Assembly: GCA_003134375.1 (NCBI GenBank)
Contig: PLAY01000152.1
Span: forward strand, 3,944-67,943
Source of the DNA: Limisphaerales bacterium
GTDB taxonomy: Bacteria > Verrucomicrobiota > Verrucomicrobiia > Limisphaerales > UBA11358
Direction: 5' to 3'
Length of the DNA stretch: 64,000 nt
The position numbers and the translations under genes were made by a program. Shown here one piece after another: positions 63,591 through 64,000 of this stretch. The notes under the pieces are model-generated. The model made no database searches and had not been told where the DNA came from. It worked only from the letters and a program-made list of their open reading frames with translations. The stretch's first letter is position 1. Each line of letters opens with the position of its first letter.

Positions 63591-64000
63591 TCACAGCCGG
63601 GAAATTTTTTCCAGCAACGCGGTCGTGGATTTACCAGGAACGAACGGAATGATCATGATTTTCCCGCCCGCCGATTCCACCGCTCGCCGTTCGTCCTGGT
63701 TCAACGTGTCCAGGGTGTAATCGCCGCCTTTGACGTAAATATCAGGTTTGGCGGTCGAAAGGAATTTTGTGGCGGTCTTTTCCGCAAAAATGCAGACCCC
63801 GTCCACGCTTGCCAGTGCCGCCAGCACAGCGGCGCGGTCGGCTTCGACATTTACCGGCCGGCCCGGCCCCTTCAACTTCCGCGTGGCTTCGTCGCCGTTG
63901 ATGCCGACCAGCAGCGCGTCGCCAAAGTTGCGCGCCGATTCGAGGTAGGTCACATGACCCAGATGAAGGATGTCGAAACAGCCGTTGGTGACGACCAGTT
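63591..64000 (-). CDS. D-glycero-beta-D-manno-heptose-1-phosphate adenylyltransferase (RfaE/HldE domain II type), partial at window end
   Basis: The reverse strand reads ...LVVTNGCFDILHLGHVTYLESARNFGDALLVGINGD...YVKGGDY (cytidylyltransferase HxGH motif). The reading frame continues past nt 64000. Confidence 0.8.
   Translation of the reverse strand, partial: LVVTNGCFDILHLGHVTYLESARNFGDALLVGINGDEATRKLKGPGRPVNVEADRAAVLAALASVDGVCIFAEKTATKFLSTAKPDIYVKGGDYTLDTLNQDERRAVESAGGKIMIIPFVPGKSTTALLEKISRL

Overview
This is a GC-rich bacterial chromosomal segment (hand-sampled lines about 55-62% GC), densely coding on both strands. I recognised no rRNA, tRNA, CRISPR array, transposase or integrase. My lineage guess is a Verrucomicrobiota/PVC-type Gram-negative. 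That is inference only, based on a PEP-CTERM sorting signal, TPR-fused GT-C membrane proteins and the style of the short palindromic repeats.

Gene content:
- Left part (1-26 kb): housekeeping genes (deoA, pyrF, hisD-hisC, tig, bioD, ispE, murJ, tyrS); a PEP-CTERM trypsin-like protease; an ExeA-like ATPase plus CPBP protease pair; a TolC-family protein; two tandem TPR/GT-C paralogs; a complete tolQ-tolR-tolA-tolB-pal operon; tatA-tatC.
- Middle (26-46.5 kb): a small glycan block (epimerase, about 1000-aa polytopic membrane protein, methyltransferase, GT2); nif3; two toxin-antitoxin modules (RelE/Phd, and a DUF4258/DUF2283 pair whose toxin is frameshifted); speA; an aminotransferase; hit; nrdR; efp; ptsI; galT; a sugar nucleotidyltransferase; an M48 peptidase.
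- Right (46.5-64 kb): a minus-strand glycan cassette cluster (three GTs, two FkbM methyltransferases, a Wzx-like flippase, an epimerase). It is followed by a translationally coupled plus-strand operon encoding the four GDP-D-glycero-alpha-D-manno-heptose enzymes, four redox/epimerase enzymes and a transaldolase, then a GT9 heptosyltransferase and an RfaE-domain-II gene.

Most unusual observations:
1. Short palindromic or heptamer-hairpin repeat elements are read through in-frame inside several genes (deoA, hisC, an aminotransferase twice, both TPR/GT-C paralogs, the 5' end of gmhB). This resembles the Rickettsia palindromic element phenomenon.
2. The 3' end of tyrS occurs three times. The native copy and a decayed direct copy exactly 640 bp downstream bracket a low-GC orphan CdiI/DUF1436-like gene. 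A decayed inverted copy lies at 46.5 kb, at the edge of the glycan cluster. This suggests serial integration at tyrS followed by an inversion.
3. Gene remnants and low-GC cassettes in the glycan cluster point to cassette replacement.
4. A 25-nt perfect direct repeat, the 5' end of the nucleotidyltransferase gene, brackets galT.

I did not find a self-evident new multi-gene system such as a defence island. All family assignments rest on motifs read by eye and recalled family signatures, not on searches.
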